A stretch of 64,000 bases of DNA, from positions 682,001 to 746,000 of the forward strand of contig CAXKVF010000076.1 of NCBI GenBank assembly GCA_964057225.1, in the 5' to 3' direction. The stretch comes from Auanema rhodensis. Taxonomy: Eukaryota; Animalia; Nematoda. A model generated the notes under the pieces. The model did no database searches. It worked only from the letters and a program-made list of their open reading frames with translations, and had not been told where the DNA came from. This document shows, piece after piece, positions 40,491-55,999 of the stretch (position 1 is the first letter of the stretch; each line of letters begins with the position of its first letter). The translations under genes and the position numbers were made by a program.

Positions 40491-43400
40491 AATTTTTATT
40501 GATATTGCTTCATGGTAACCATGACTTTGAAGTTTACGTGAACTTTAATTTATGCTAATTAAATGTACACGTGATGTGCACTTGGTATGTAACTCGCTTC
40601 ACGTGAAAGATGAAGAGATGCGGTTTTCAAAATTAGATTCCCCATGTCCATATTAGTCTAAAAACAAATTTTTATTGATATTGGTTCATGGTAACCATGA
40701 CTTTGAAATTTACGTGAACTTTAATTTATGCTAATTAAATGTACACGTGATGTGCACTTGGTATGTAACTCGCTTCACGTGAAAGATAAAGAGATGCGGT
40801 TTTCAAAATTAGATTCCCCATGTCCATATTAGTCTAAAAACAAATTTTTATTGATATTGGTGCATGGTAACCATGACTTTGAAATTTACGTGAACTTTAA
40901 TTTATGCTAATTAAATGTACACGTGATGTGCACTTGGTATGTAACTCGCTTCACGTGAAAGATAAAGAAATGCGGTTTTCAAAATTAGATTCCCCATGTC
41001 CATATTAGTCTAAAAACAAATTTTTATTGATATTGGTTCATGGTAACCATGACTTTGAAATTTACGTGAACTTTAATTTATGCTAATTAAATGTACACGT
41101 GATGTGCACTTGGTATGTAACTTGCTTCACGTGAAAGATAAAGAGATGCGGTTTTCAAAATTAGATTCCCCATGTCCATATTAGTCTAAAAACAAATTTT
41201 TATTGATATTGGTGCATGGTAACCATGATTTTGAAATTTACGTGAACTTTAATTTATGCTAATTAAATGTACACGTGATGTGCACTTGGTATGTAACTCG
41301 CTTCACGTGAAAGATAAAGAAATGCGGTTTTCAAAATTAGATTCCCCATGTCCATATTAGTCTAAAAACAAATTTTTATTGATATTGGTTCATGGTAACC
41401 ATGACTTTGAAATTTACGTGAACTTTAATTTATGCTAATTAAATGTACACGTGATGTGCACTTGGTATGTAACTCGCTTCACGTGAAAGATAAAGAGATG
41501 CGGTTTTCAAAATTAGATTCCCCATGTCCATATTAGTCTAAAAACAAATTTTTATTGATATTGCTTCATGGTAACCATGACTTTGAAATTTACGTGAACT
41601 TTAATTTATGCTAATTAAATGTACACGTGATGTGCACTTGGTATGTAACTCGCTTCACGTGAAAGATAAAGAGATGCGGTTTTCAAAATTAGATTCCCCA
41701 TGTCCATATTAGTCTAAAAACAAATTTTTATTGATATTGCTTCATGGTAACCATGACTTTGAAATTTACGTGAACTTTAATTTATGCTAATTAAATGTAC
41801 ACGTGATGTGCACTTGGTATGTAACTCGCTTCACGTGAAAGATAAAGAGATGCGGTTTTCAAAATTAGATTCCCCATGTCCATATTAGTCTAAAAACAAA
41901 TTTTTATTGATATTGGTTCATGGTAACCATGACTTTGAAATTTACGTGAACTTTAATTTATGCTAATTAAATGTACACGTGATGTGCACTTGGTATGTAA
42001 CTCGCTTCACGTGAAAGATAAAGAGATGCGGTTTTCAAAATTAGATTCCCCATGTCCATATTAGTCTAAAAACAAATTTTTATTGATATTGGTTCATGGT
42101 AACCATGACTTTGAAATTTACGTGAACTTTAATTTATGCTAATTAAATGTACACGTGATGTGCACTTGGTATGTAACTCGCTTCACGTGAAAGATAAAGA
42201 GATGCGGTTTTCAAAATTAGATTCCCCATGTCCATATTAGTCTAAAAACAAATTTTTATTGATATTGGTTCATGGTAACCATGACTTTGAAATTTACGTG
42301 AACTTTAATTTATGCTAATTAAATGTACACGTGATGTGCACTTGGTATGTAACTCGCTTCACGTGAAAGATAAAGAGATGCGGTTTTCAAAATTAGATTC
42401 CCCATGTCCATATTAGTCTAAAAACAAATTTTTATTGATATTGGTGCATGGTAACCATGACTTTGAAATTTACGTGAACTTTAATTTATGCTAATTAAAT
42501 GTACACGTGATGTGCACTTGGTATGTAACTCGCTTCACGTGAAAGATAAAGAGATGCGGTTTTCAAAATTAGATTCCCCATGTCCATATTAGTCTAAAAA
42601 CAAATTTTTATTGATATTGGTTCATGGTAACCATGACTTTGAAATTTACGTGAACTTTAATTTATGCTAATTAAATGTACACGTGATGTGCACTTGGTAT
42701 GTAACTCGCTTCACGTGAAAGATAAAGAGATGCGGTTTTCAAAATTAGATTCCCCATGTCCATATTAGTCTAAAAACAAATTTTTATTGATATTGCTTAA
42801 TGGTAACCATGACTTTGAAGTTTACGTGAACTTTAATTTATGCTAATTAAATGTACACGTGATGTGCACTTGGTATGTAACTCGCTTCACGTGAAAGATA
42901 AAGAGATGCGGTTTTCAAAATTAGATTCCCCATGTCCATATTAGTCTAAAAACAAATTTTTATTGATATTGGTTCATGGTAACCATGACTTTGAAATTTA
43001 CGTGAACTTTAATTTATGCTAATTAAATGTACACGTGATGTGCACTTGGTATGTAACTCGCTTCACGTGAAAGATAAAGAGATGCGGTTTTCAAAATTAG
43101 ATTCCCCATGTCCATATTAGTCTAAAAACAAATTTTTATTGATATTGGTTCATGGTAACCATGACTTTGAAATTTACGTGAACTTTAATTTATGCTAATT
43201 AAATGTACACGTGATGTGCACTTGGTATGTAACTCGCTTCACGTGAAAGATAAAGAGATGCGGTTTTCAAAATTAGATTCCCCATGTCCATATTAGTCTA
43301 AAAACAAATTTTTATTGATATTGCTTCATGGTAACCATGACTTTGAAGTTTACGTGAACTTTAATTTATGCTAATTAAATGTACACGTGATGTGCACTTG

Positions 43401-46400
43401 GTATGTAACTCGCTTCACGTGAAAGATAAAGAGATGCGGTTTTCAAAATTAGATTCCCCATGTCCATATTAGTCTAAAAACAAATTTTTATTGATATTGG
43501 TTCATGGTAACCATGACTTTGAAATTTACGTGAACTTTAATTTATGCTAATTAAATGTACACGTGATGTGCACTTGGTATGTAACTCGCTTCACGTGAAA
43601 GATAAAGAGATGCGGTTTTCAAAATTAGATTCCCCATGTCCATATTAGTCTAAAAACAAATTTTTATTGATATTGGTTCATGGTAACCATGACTTTGAAA
43701 TTTACGTGAACTTTAATTTATGCTAATTAAATGTACACGTGATGTGCACTTGGTATGTAACTCGCTTCACGTGAAAGATAAAGAGATGCGGTTTTCAAAA
43801 TTAGATTCCCCATGTCCATATTAGTCTAAAAACAAATTTTTATTGATATTGGTTCATGGTAACCATGACTTTGAAATTTACGTGAACTTTAATTTATGCT
43901 AATTAAATGTACACGTGATGTGCACTTGGTATGTAACTCGCTTCACGTGAAAGATAAAGAGATGCGGTTTTCAAAATTAGATTCCCCATGTCCATATTAG
44001 TCTAAAAACAAATTTTTATTGATATTGGTGCATGGTAACCATGACTTTGAAATTTACGTGAACTGTAATTTATGCTAATTAAATGTACACGTGATGTGCA
44101 CTTGGTATGTAACTCGCTTCACGTGAAAGATAAAGAGATGCGGTTTTCAAAATTAGATTCCCCATGTCCATATTAGTCTAAAAACAAATTTTTATTGATA
44201 TTGGTGCATGGTAACCATGACTTTGAATTTTACGTGAACTTTAATTTATGCTAATTAAATGTACACGTGATGTGCACTTGGTATGTAACTCGCTTCACGT
44301 GAAAGATAAAGAGATGCGGTTTTCAAAATTAGATTCCCCATGTCCATATTAGTCTAAAAACAAATTTTTATTGATATTGGTTCATGGTAACCATGACTTT
44401 GAAATTTACGTGAACTTTAATTTATGCTAATTAAATGTACACGTGATGTGCACTTGGTATGTAACTCGCTTCACGTGAAAGATAAAGAGATGCGGTTTTC
44501 AAAATTAGATTCCCCATGTCCATATTAGTCTAAAAACAAATTTTTATTGATATTGGTTCATGGTAACCATGACTTTGAAATTTACGTGAACTTTAATTTA
44601 TGCTAATTAAATGTACACGTGATGTGCACTTGGTATGTAACTCGCTTCACGTGAAAGATAAAGAGATGCGGTTTTCAAAATTAGATTCCCCATGTCCATA
44701 TTAGTCTAAAAACAAATTTTTATTGATATTGGTTCATGGTAACCATGACTTTGAAATTTACGTGAACTTTAATTTATGCTAATTAAATGTACACGTGATG
44801 TGCACTTGGTATGTAACTCGCTTCACGTGAAAGATAAAGAGATGCGGTTTTCAAAATTAGATTCCCCATGTCCATATTAGTCTAAGAACAAATTTTTATT
44901 GATATTGGTTCATGGTAACCATGACTTTGAAATTTACGTGAACTTTAATTTATGCTAATTAAATGTACACGTGATGTGCACTTGGTATGTAACTCGCTTC
45001 ACGTGAAAGATAAAGAGATGCGGTTTTCAAAATTAGATTCCCCATGTCCATATTAGTCTAAAAACAAATTTTTATTGATATTGGTTCATGGTAACCATGA
45101 CTTTGAAATTTACGTGAACTTTAATTTATGCTAATTAAATGTACACGTGATGTGCACTTGGTATGTAACTCGCTTCACGTGAAAGATAAAGAGATGCGGT
45201 TTTCAAAATTAGATTCCCCATGTCCATATTAGTCTAAGAACAAATTTTTATTGATATTGGTGCATGGTAACCATGACTTTGAAATTTACGTGAACTTTAA
45301 TTTATGCTAATTAAATGTACACGTGATGTGCACTTGGTATGTAACTCGCTTCACGTGAAAGATAAAGAAATGCGGTTCTCAAAATTAGATTCCCCATGTC
45401 CATATTAGTCTAAAAACAAATTTTTATTGATATTGGTTCATGGTAACCATGACTTTGAAATTTACGTGAACTTTAATTTATGCTAATTAAATGTACACGT
45501 GATGTGCACTTGGTATGTAACTCGCTTCACGTGAAAGATAAAGAGATGCGGTTTTCAAAATTAGATTCCCCATGTCCATATTAGTTTAAAAACAAATTTT
45601 TATTGATATTGCTTCATGGTAACCATGACTTTGAAATTTACGTGAACTTTAATTTATGCTAATTAAATGTGCACGTGATGTGCACTTGGTATGTAACTCG
45701 CTTCACGTGAAAGATAAAGAGATGCGGTTTTCAAAATTAGATTCCCCATGTCCATATTAGTCTAAAAACAAATTTTTATTGATATTGGTTCATGGTAACC
45801 ATGACTTTGAAATTTACGTGAACTTTAATTTATGCTAATTAAATGTACACGTGATGTGCACTTGGTATGTAACTCGCTTCACGTGAAAGATAAAGAGATG
45901 CGGTTTTCAAAATTAGATTCCCCATGTCCATATTAGTCTAAAAACAAATTTTTATTGATATTGGTTCATGGTAACCATGACTTTGAAATTTACGTGAACT
46001 TTAATTTATGCTAATTAAATGTACACGTGATGTGCACTTGGTATGTAACTCGCTTCACGTGAAAGATAAAGAGATGCGGTTTTCAAAATTAGATTCCCCA
46101 TGTCCATATTAGTCTAAAAACAAATTTTTATTGATATTGGTTCATGGTAACCATGACTTTGAAATTTACGTGAACTTTAATTTATGCTAATTAAATGTAC
46201 ACGTGATGTGCACTTGGTATGTAACTCGCTTCACGTGAAAGATAAAGAGATGCGGTTTTCAAAATTAGATTCCCCATGTCCATATTAGTCTAAAAACAAA
46301 TTTTTATTGATATTGGTTCATGGTAACCATGACTTTGAAATTTACGTGAACTTTAATTTATGCTAATTAAATGTACACGTGATGTGCACTTGGTATGTAA

Positions 46401-49400
46401 CTCGCTTCACGTGAAAGATAAAGAGATGCGGTTTTCAAAATTAGATTCCCCATGTCCATATTAGTCTAAAAACAAATTTTTATTGATATTGCTTCATTGT
46501 AACCATGACTTTGAAATTTACGTGAACTTTAATTTATGCTAATTAAATGTGCACGTGATGTGCACTTGGTATGTAACTCGCTTCACGTGAAAGATAAAGA
46601 GATGCGGTTTTCAAAATTAGATTCCCCATGTCCATATTAGTCTAAAAACAAATTTTTATTGATATTGGTTCATGGTAACCATGACTTTGAAATTTACGTG
46701 AACTTTAATTTATGCTAATTAAATGTACACTTGATGAGCACTTGGTATGTAACTCGCTTCACGTGAAAGATGAAGAGATGCGGTTTTCACAATTAGATTC
46801 CCCATGTCCATATTAGTCTAAAAACAAATTTTTATTGATATTGGTGCATGGTAACCATGACTTTGAAATTTACGTGAACTTTAATTTATGCTAATTAAAT
46901 GTACACGTGATGTGCACTTGGTATGTAACTCGCTTCACGTGAAAGATAAAGAGATGCGGTTTTCAAAATTAGATTCCTCATGTCCATATTAGTCTAAAAA
47001 CAAATTTTTATTGATATTGCTTCATGGTAACCATGACTTTGAAATTTACGTGAACTTTAATTTATGCTAATTAAATGTACACGTGATGTGCACTTGGTAT
47101 GTAACTCGCTTCACGTGAAAGATAAAGAGATGCGGTTTTCAAAATTAGATTCCCCATGTCCATATTAGTCTAAAAACAAATTTTTATTGATATTGGTGCA
47201 TGGTAACCATGACTTTGAAATTTACGTGAACTTTAATTTATGCTAATTAAATGTACACGTGATGTGCACTTGGTATGTAACTCGCTTCACGTGAAAGATA
47301 AAGAGATGCGGTTTTCAAAATTAGATTCCCCATGTCCATATTAGTCTAAAAACAAATTTTTATTGATATTGGTTCATGGTAACCATGACTTTGAAATTTA
47401 CGTGAACTTTAATTTATGCTAATTAAATGTACACGTGATGTGCACTTGGTATGTAACTCGCTTCACGTGAAAGATAAAGAGATGCGGTTTTCAAAATTAG
47501 ATTCCCCATGTCCATATTAGTCTAAAAACAAATTTTTATTGATATTGCTTCATGGTAACCATGACTTTGAAATTTACGTGAACTTTAATTTATGCTAATT
47601 AAATGTACACGTGATGTGCACTTGGTATGTAACTCGCTTCACGTGAAAGATAAAGAGATGCGGTTTTCAAAATTAGATTCCCCATGTCCATATTAGTCTA
47701 AAAACAAATTTTTATTGATATTGCTTCATGGTAACCATGACTTTGAAATTTACGTGAACTTTAATTTATGCTAATTAAATGTACACGTGATGTGCACTTG
47801 GTATGTAACTCGCTTCACGTGAAAGATAAAGAGATGCGGTTTTCAAAATTAGATTCCCCATGTCCATATTAGTCTAAAAACAAATTTTTATTGATATTGG
47901 TTCATGGTAACCATGACTTTGAAATTTACGTGAACTTTAATTTATGCTAATTAAATGTACACGTGATGTGCACTTGGTATGTAACTCGCTTCACGTGAAA
48001 GATAAAGAGATGCGGTTTTCAAAATTAGATTCCCCATGTCCATATTAGTCTAAAAACAAATTTTTATTGATATTGGTTCATGGTAACCATGACTTTGAAA
48101 TTTACGTGAACTTTAATTTATGCTAATTAAATGTACACGTGATGTGCACTTGGTATGTAACTCGCTTCACGTGAAAGATAAAGAGATGCGGTTTTCAAAA
48201 TTAGATTCCCCATGTCCATATTAGTCTAAAAACAAATTTTTATTGATATTGGTTCATGGTAACCATGACTTTGAAATTTACGTGAACTTTAATTTATGCT
48301 AATTAAATGTACACGTGATGTGCACTTGGTATGTAACTCGCTTCACGTGAAAGATAAAGAGATGCGGTTTTCAAAATTAGATTCCCCATGTCCATATTAG
48401 TCTAAAAACAAATTTTTATTGATATTGCTTCATGGTAACCATGACTTTGAAATTTACGTGAACTTTAATTTATGCTAATTAAATGTACACGTGATGTGCA
48501 CTTGGTATGTAACTCGCTTCACGTGAAAGATAAAGAGATGCGGTTTTCAAAATTAGATTCCCCATGTCCATATTAGTCTAAAAACAAATTTTTATTGATA
48601 TTGGTTCATGGTAACCATGACTTTGAAATTTACGTGAACTTTAATTTATGCTAATTAAATGTACACGTGATGTGCACTTGGTATGTAACTCGCTTCACGT
48701 GAAAGATAAAGAGATGCGGTTTTCAAAATTAGATTCCCCATGTCCATATTAGTCTAAAAACAAATTTTTATTGATATTGGTTCATGGTAACCATGACTTT
48801 GAAATTTACGTGAACTTTAATTTATGCTAATTAAATGTACACGTGATGTGCACTTGGTATGTAACTCGCTTCCCGTGAAAGATAAAGAGATCCGGTTTTC
48901 AAAATTAGATTCCCCATGTCCATATTAGTCTAAAAACAAATTTTTATTGATATTGCTTCATGGTAACCATGACTTTGAAGTTTACGTGAACTTTAATTTA
49001 TGCTAATTAAATGTACACGTGATGTGCACTTGGTATGTAACTCGCTTCACGTGAAAGATAAAGAGATGCGGTTTTCAAAATTAGATTCCCCATGTCCATA
49101 TTAGTCTAAAAACAAATTTTTATTGATATTGGTTCATGGTAACCATGACTTTGAAATTTACGTGAACTTTAATTTATGCTAATTAAATGTACACGTGATG
49201 TGCACTTGGTATGTAACTCGCTTCACGTGAAAGATAAAGAGATGCGGTTTTCAAAATTAGATTCCCCATGTCCATATTAGTCTAAAAACAAATTTTTATT
49301 GATATTGCTTCATGGTAACCATGACTTTGAAATTTACGTGAACTTTAATTTATGCTAATTAAATGTACACGTGATGTGCACTTGGTATGTAACTCGCTTC

Positions 49401-52400
49401 ACGTGAAAGATAAAGAGATGCGGTTTTCAAAATTAGATTCCCCATGTCCATATTAGTCTAAAAACAAATTTTTATTGATATTGGTTCATGGTAACCATGA
49501 CTTTGAAATTTACGTGAACTTTAATTTATGCTAATTAAATGTACACGTGATGTGCACTTGGTATGTAACTCGCTTCACGTGAAAGATAAAGAGATGCGGT
49601 TTTCAAAATTAGATTCCCCATGTCCATATTAGTCTAAAAACAAATTTTTATTGATATTGGTTCATGGTAACCATGACTTTGAAATTTACGTGAACTTTAA
49701 TTTATGCTAATTAAATGTACACGTGATGTGCACTTGGTATGTAACTCGCTTCCCGTGAAAGATAAAGAGATCCGGTTTTCAAAATTAGATTCCCCATGTC
49801 CATATTAGTCTAAAAACAAATTTTTATTGATATTGCTTCATGGTAACCATGACTTTGAAGTTTACGTGAACTTTAATTTATGCTAATTAAATGTACACGT
49901 GATGTGCACTTGGTATGTAACTCGCTTCACGTGAAAGATAAAGAGATGCGGTTTTCAAAATTAGATTCCCCATGTCCATATTAGTCTAAAAACAAATTTT
50001 TATTGATATTGGTTCATGGTAACCATGACTTTGAAATTTACGTGAACTTTAATTTATGCTAATTAAATGTACACGTGATGTGCACTTGGTATGTAACTCG
50101 CTTCACGTGAAAGATAAAGAGATGCGGTTTTCAAAATTAGATCCCCCATGTCCATATTAGTCTAAAAACAAATTTTTATTGATATTGGTGCATGGTAACC
50201 ATGACTTTGAAATTTACGTGAACTTAAATTTATGCTAATTAAATGTACACGTGATGTGCACTTGGTATGTAACTCGCTTCACGTGAAAGATAAAGAGATG
50301 CGGTTTTCAAAATTAGATTCCCCATGTCCATATTAGTCTAAAAACAAATTTTTATTGATATTGGTGCATGGTAACCATGACTTTGAAATTTACGTGAACT
50401 TTAATTTATGCTAATTAAATGTACACGTGATGTGCACTTGGTATGTAACTCGCTTCACGTGAAAGATAAAGAGATGCGGTTTTCAAAATTAGATTCCCCA
50501 TGTCCATATTAGTCTAAAAACAAATTTTTATTGATATTGCTTCATAGTAACCATGACTTTGAAATTTACGTGAACTTTAATTTATGCTAATTAAATGTAC
50601 ACGTGATGTGCACTTGGTATGTAACTCGCTTCACGTGAAAGATAAAGAGATGCGGTTTTCAAAATTAGATTCCCCATGTCCATATTAGTCTAAAAACAAA
50701 TTTTTATTGATATTGGTTCATGGTAACCATGACTTTGAAATTTACGTGAACTTTAATTTATGCTAATTAAATGTACACGTGGTGTGCACTTGGTATGTAA
50801 CTCGCTTCACGTGAAAGATAAAGAGATGCGGTTTTCAAAATTAGATTCCCCATGTCCATATTAGTCTAAAAACAAATTTTTATTGATATTGGTTCATGGT
50901 AACCATGACTTTGAAATTTACGTGAACTTTAATTTATGCTAATTAAATGTACACGTGATGTGCACTTGGTATGTAACTCGCTTCACGTGAAAGATAAAGA
51001 GATGCGGTTTTCAAAATTAGATTCCCCATGTCCATATTAGTCTAAAAACAAATTTTTATTGATATTGGTTCATGGTAACCATGACTTTGAAATTTACGTG
51101 AACTTTAATTTATGCTAATTAAATGTACACGTGATGTGCACTTGGTATGTAACTCGCTTCACGTGAAAGATAAAGAGATGCGGTTTTCAAAATTAGATTC
51201 CCCATGTCCATATTAGTCTAAAAACAAATTTTTATTGATATTGGTTCATGGTAACCATGACTTTGAAATTTACGTGAACTTTAATTTATGCTAATTAAAT
51301 GTACACGTGATGTGCACTTGGTATGTAACTCGCTTCACGTGAAAGATAAAGAGATGCGGTTTCCAAAATTAGATTCCCCATGTCCATATTAGTCTAAAAA
51401 CAAATTTTTATTGATATTGCTTCATGGTAACCATGACTTTGAAATTTACGTGAACTTTAATTTATGCTAATTAAATGTACACGTGATGTGCACTTGGTAT
51501 GTAACTCGCTTCACGTGAAAGATAAAGAGATGCGGTTTTCAAAATTAGATTCCCCATGTCCATATTAGTCTAAAAACAAATTTTTATTGATATTGGTTCA
51601 TGGTAACCATGACTTTGAAATTTACGTGAACTTTAATTTATGCTAATTAAATGTACACGTGATGTGCACTTGGTATGTAACTCGCTTCCCGTGAAAGATA
51701 AAGAGATCCGGTTTTCAAAATTAGATTCCCCATGTCCATATTAGTCTAAAAACAAATTTTTATTGATATTGCTTCATGGTAACCATGACTTTGAAGTTTA
51801 CGTGAACTTTAATTTATGCTAATTAAATGTACACGTGATGTGCACTTGGTATGTAACTCGCTTCACGTGAAAGATAAAGAGATGCGGTTTTCAAAATTAG
51901 ATTCCCCATGTCCATATTAGTCTAAAAACAAATTTTTATTGATATTGGTTCATGGTAACCATGACTTTGAAATTTACGTGAACTTTAATTTATGCTAATT
52001 AAATGTACACGTGATGTGCACTTGGTATGTAACTCGCTTCACGTGAAAGATAAAGAGATGCGGTTTTCAAAATTAGATCCCCCATGTCCATATTAGTCTA
52101 AAAACAAATTTTTATTGATATTGGTGCATGGTAACCATGACTTTGAAATTTACGTGAACTTAAATTTATGCTAATTAAATGTACACGTGATGTGCACTTG
52201 GTATGTAACTCGCTTCACGTGAAAGATAAAGAGATGCGGTTTTCAAAATTAGATTCCCCATGTCCATATTAGTCTAAAAACAAATTTTTATTGATATTGG
52301 TGCATGGTAACCATGACTTTGAAATTTACGTGAACTTTAATTTATGCTAATTAAATGTACACGTGATGTGCACTTGGTATGTAACTCGCTTCACGTGAAA

Positions 52401-55400
52401 GATAAAGAGATGCGGTTTTCAAAATTAGATTCCCCATGTCCATATTAGTCTAAAAACAAATTTTTATTGATATTGCTTCATAGTAACCATGACTTTGAAA
52501 TTTACGTGAACTTTAATTTATGCTAATTAAATGTACACGTGATGTGCACTTGGTATGTAACTCGCTTCACGTGAAAGATAAAGAGATGCGGTTTTCAAAA
52601 TTAGATTCCCCATGTCCATATTAGTCTAAAAACAAATTTTTATTGATATTGGTTCATGGTAACCATGACTTTGAAATTTACGTGAACTTTAATTTATGCT
52701 AATTAAATGTACACGTGGTGTGCACTTGGTATGTAACTCGCTTCACGTGAAAGATAAAGAGATGCGGTTTTCAAAATTAGATTCCCCAGGTCCATATTAG
52801 TCTAAAAACAAATTTTTATTGATATTGGTTCATGGTAACCATGACTTTGAAATTTACGTGAACTTTAATTTATGCTAATTAAATGTACACGTGATGTGCA
52901 CTTGGTATGTAACTCGCTTCACGTGAAAGATAAAGAGATGCGGTTTTCAAAATTAGATTCCCCATGTCCATATTAGTCTAAAAACAAATTTTTATTGATA
53001 TTGGTTCATGGTAACCATGACTTTGAAATTTACGTGAACTTTAATTTATGCTAATTAAATGTACACGTGATGTGCACTTGGTATGTAACTCGCTTCACGT
53101 GAAAGATAAAGAGATGTGGTTTTCAAAATTAGATTCCCCATGTCCATATTAGTCTAAAAACAAATTTTTATTGATATTGGTTCATGGTAACCATGACTTT
53201 GAAATTTACGTGAACTTTAATTTATGCTAATTAAATGTACACGTGATGTGCACTTGGTATGTAACTCGCTTCACGTGAAAGATAAAGAGATGCGGTTTTC
53301 AAAATTAGATTCCCCATGTCCATATTAGTCTAAAAACAAATTTTTATTGATATTGGTTCATGGTAACCATGACTTTGAAATTTACGTGAACTTTAATTTA
53401 TGCTAATTAAATGTACACGTGATGTGCACTTGGTATGTAACTCGCTTCACGTGAAAGAAAAAGAGATGCGGTTTTCAAAATTAGATTCCCCATGTCCATA
53501 TTAGTCTGAAAACAAATTTTTATTGATATTGCTTCATGGTAACCATGACTTTGAAATTTACGTGAACTTTAATTTATGCTAATTAAATGTACACGTGATG
53601 TGCACTTGGTATGTAGCTCGCTTCACGTGAAAGATAAAGAGATGCGGTTTTCAAAATTAGATTCCCCATGTCCATATTAGTCTAAAAACAAATTTTTATT
53701 GATATTGGTTCATGGTAACCATGACTTTGAAATTTACGTGAACTTTAATTTATGCTAATTAAATGTACACGTGATGTGCACTTGGTATGTAACTCGCTTC
53801 ACGTGAAAGATAAAGAGATGCGGTTTTCAAAATTAGATTCCCCATGTCCATATTAGTCTAAAAACAAATTTTTATTGATATTGGTTCATGGTAACCATGA
53901 CTTTGAAATTTACGTGAACTTTAATTTATGCTAATTAAATGTACACGTGATGTGCACTTGGTATGTAACTCGCTTCACGTGAAAGATAAAAAGATGCGGT
54001 TTTCAAAATTAGATTCCCCATGTCCATATTAGTCTAAGAACAAATTTTTATTGATATTGGTGCATGGTAACCATGACTTTGAAATTTACGTGAACTTTAA
54101 TTTATGCTAATTAAATGTACACGTGATGTGCACTTGGTATGTAACTCGCTTCACGTGAAAGATAAAGAAATGCGGTTCTCAAAATTAGATTCCCCATGTC
54201 CATATTAGTCTAAAAACAAATTTTTATTGATATTGGTTCATGGTAACCATGACTTTGAAATTTACGTGAACTTTAATTTATGCTAATTAAATGTAAACGT
54301 GATGTGCACTTGGTATGTAACTCGCTTCACGTGAAAGATAAAGAGATGCGGTTTTCAAAATTAGATTCCCCATGTCCATATTAGTCTAAAAACAAATTTT
54401 TATTGATATTGGTTCATGGTAACCATGACTTTGAAATTTACGTGAACTTTAATTTATGCTAATTAAATGTACACGTGATGTGCACTTGGTATGTAACTCG
54501 CTTCACGTGAAAGATAAAGAGATGCGGTTTTCAAAATTAGATTCCCCATGTCCATATTAGTCTAAAAACAAATTTTTATTGATATTGGTTCATGGTAACC
54601 ATGACTTTGAAATTTACGTGAACTTTAATTTATGCTAATTAAATGTACACGTGATGTGCACTTGGTATGTAACTCGCTTCACGTGAAAGATAAAGAGATG
54701 CGGTTTTCAAAATTAGATTCCCCATGTCCATATTAGTCTAAAAACAAATTTTTATTGATATTGGTGCATGGTAACCATGACTTTGAAATTTACGTGAACT
54801 TCAATTTATGTTAATTAAATGTACACGTGATGTGCACTTGGTATGTAACTCGCTTCACGTGAAAGATAAAGAGATGCGGTTTTCAAAATTAGATTCCCCA
54901 TGTCCATATTAGTCTAAAAACAAATTTTTATTGATATTGGTTCATGGTAACCATGACTTTGAAATTTACGTGAACTTTAATTTATGCTAATTAAATGTAC
55001 ACGTGATGTGCACTTGGTATGTAACTCGCTACACTTGAAAGATAAAGAGATGCGGTTTTCAAAATTAGATTCCCCATGTCCATATTAGTCTAAAAACAAA
55101 TTTTTATTGATATTGGTTCATGGTAACCATGACTTTGAAATTTACGTGAACTTTAATTTATGCTAATTAAATGTACACGTGATGTGCACTTGGTATGTAA
55201 CTCGCTTCACGTGAAAGATAAAGAGATGCGGTTTTCAAAATTAGATTCCCCATGTCCACATTAGTCTAAAAACAAATTTTTATTGATATTGGTTCATGGT
55301 AACCATGACTTTGAAATTTACGTGAACTTTAATTTATGCTAATTAAATGTACACGTGATGTGCACTTGGTATGTAACTCGCTTCACGTGAAAGATAAAGA

Positions 55401-55999
55401 GATGCGGTTTTCAAAATTAGATTCCCCATGTCCATATTAGTCTAAAAACAAATTTTTATTGATATTGGTTCATGGTAACCATGACTTTGAAATTTACGTG
55501 AACTTTAATTTATGCTAATTAAATGTACACGTGATGTGCACTTGGTATGTAACTCGCTTCACGTGAAAGATAAAGAGATGCGGTTTTCAAAATTAGATTC
55601 CCCATGTCCATATTAGTCTAAAAACAAATTTTTATTGATATTGGTGCATGGTAACCATGACTTTGAAATTTACGTGAACTTCAATTTATGTTAATTAAAT
55701 GTACACGTGATGTGCACTTGGTATGTAACTCGCTTCACGTGAAAGATAAAGAGATGCGGTTTTCAAAATTAGATTCCCCATGTCCATATTAGTCTAAAAA
55801 CAAATTTTTATTGATATTGGTTCATGGTAACCATGACTTTGAAATTTACGTGAACTTTAATTTATGCTAATTAAATATACACGTGATGTGCACTTGGTAT
55901 GTAACTCGCTTCACGTGAAAGATGAAGAGATGCGGTTTTCAAAATTAGATTCCCCATGTCCATATTAGTCAAAAAACAAATTTTTATTGATATTGGTTC

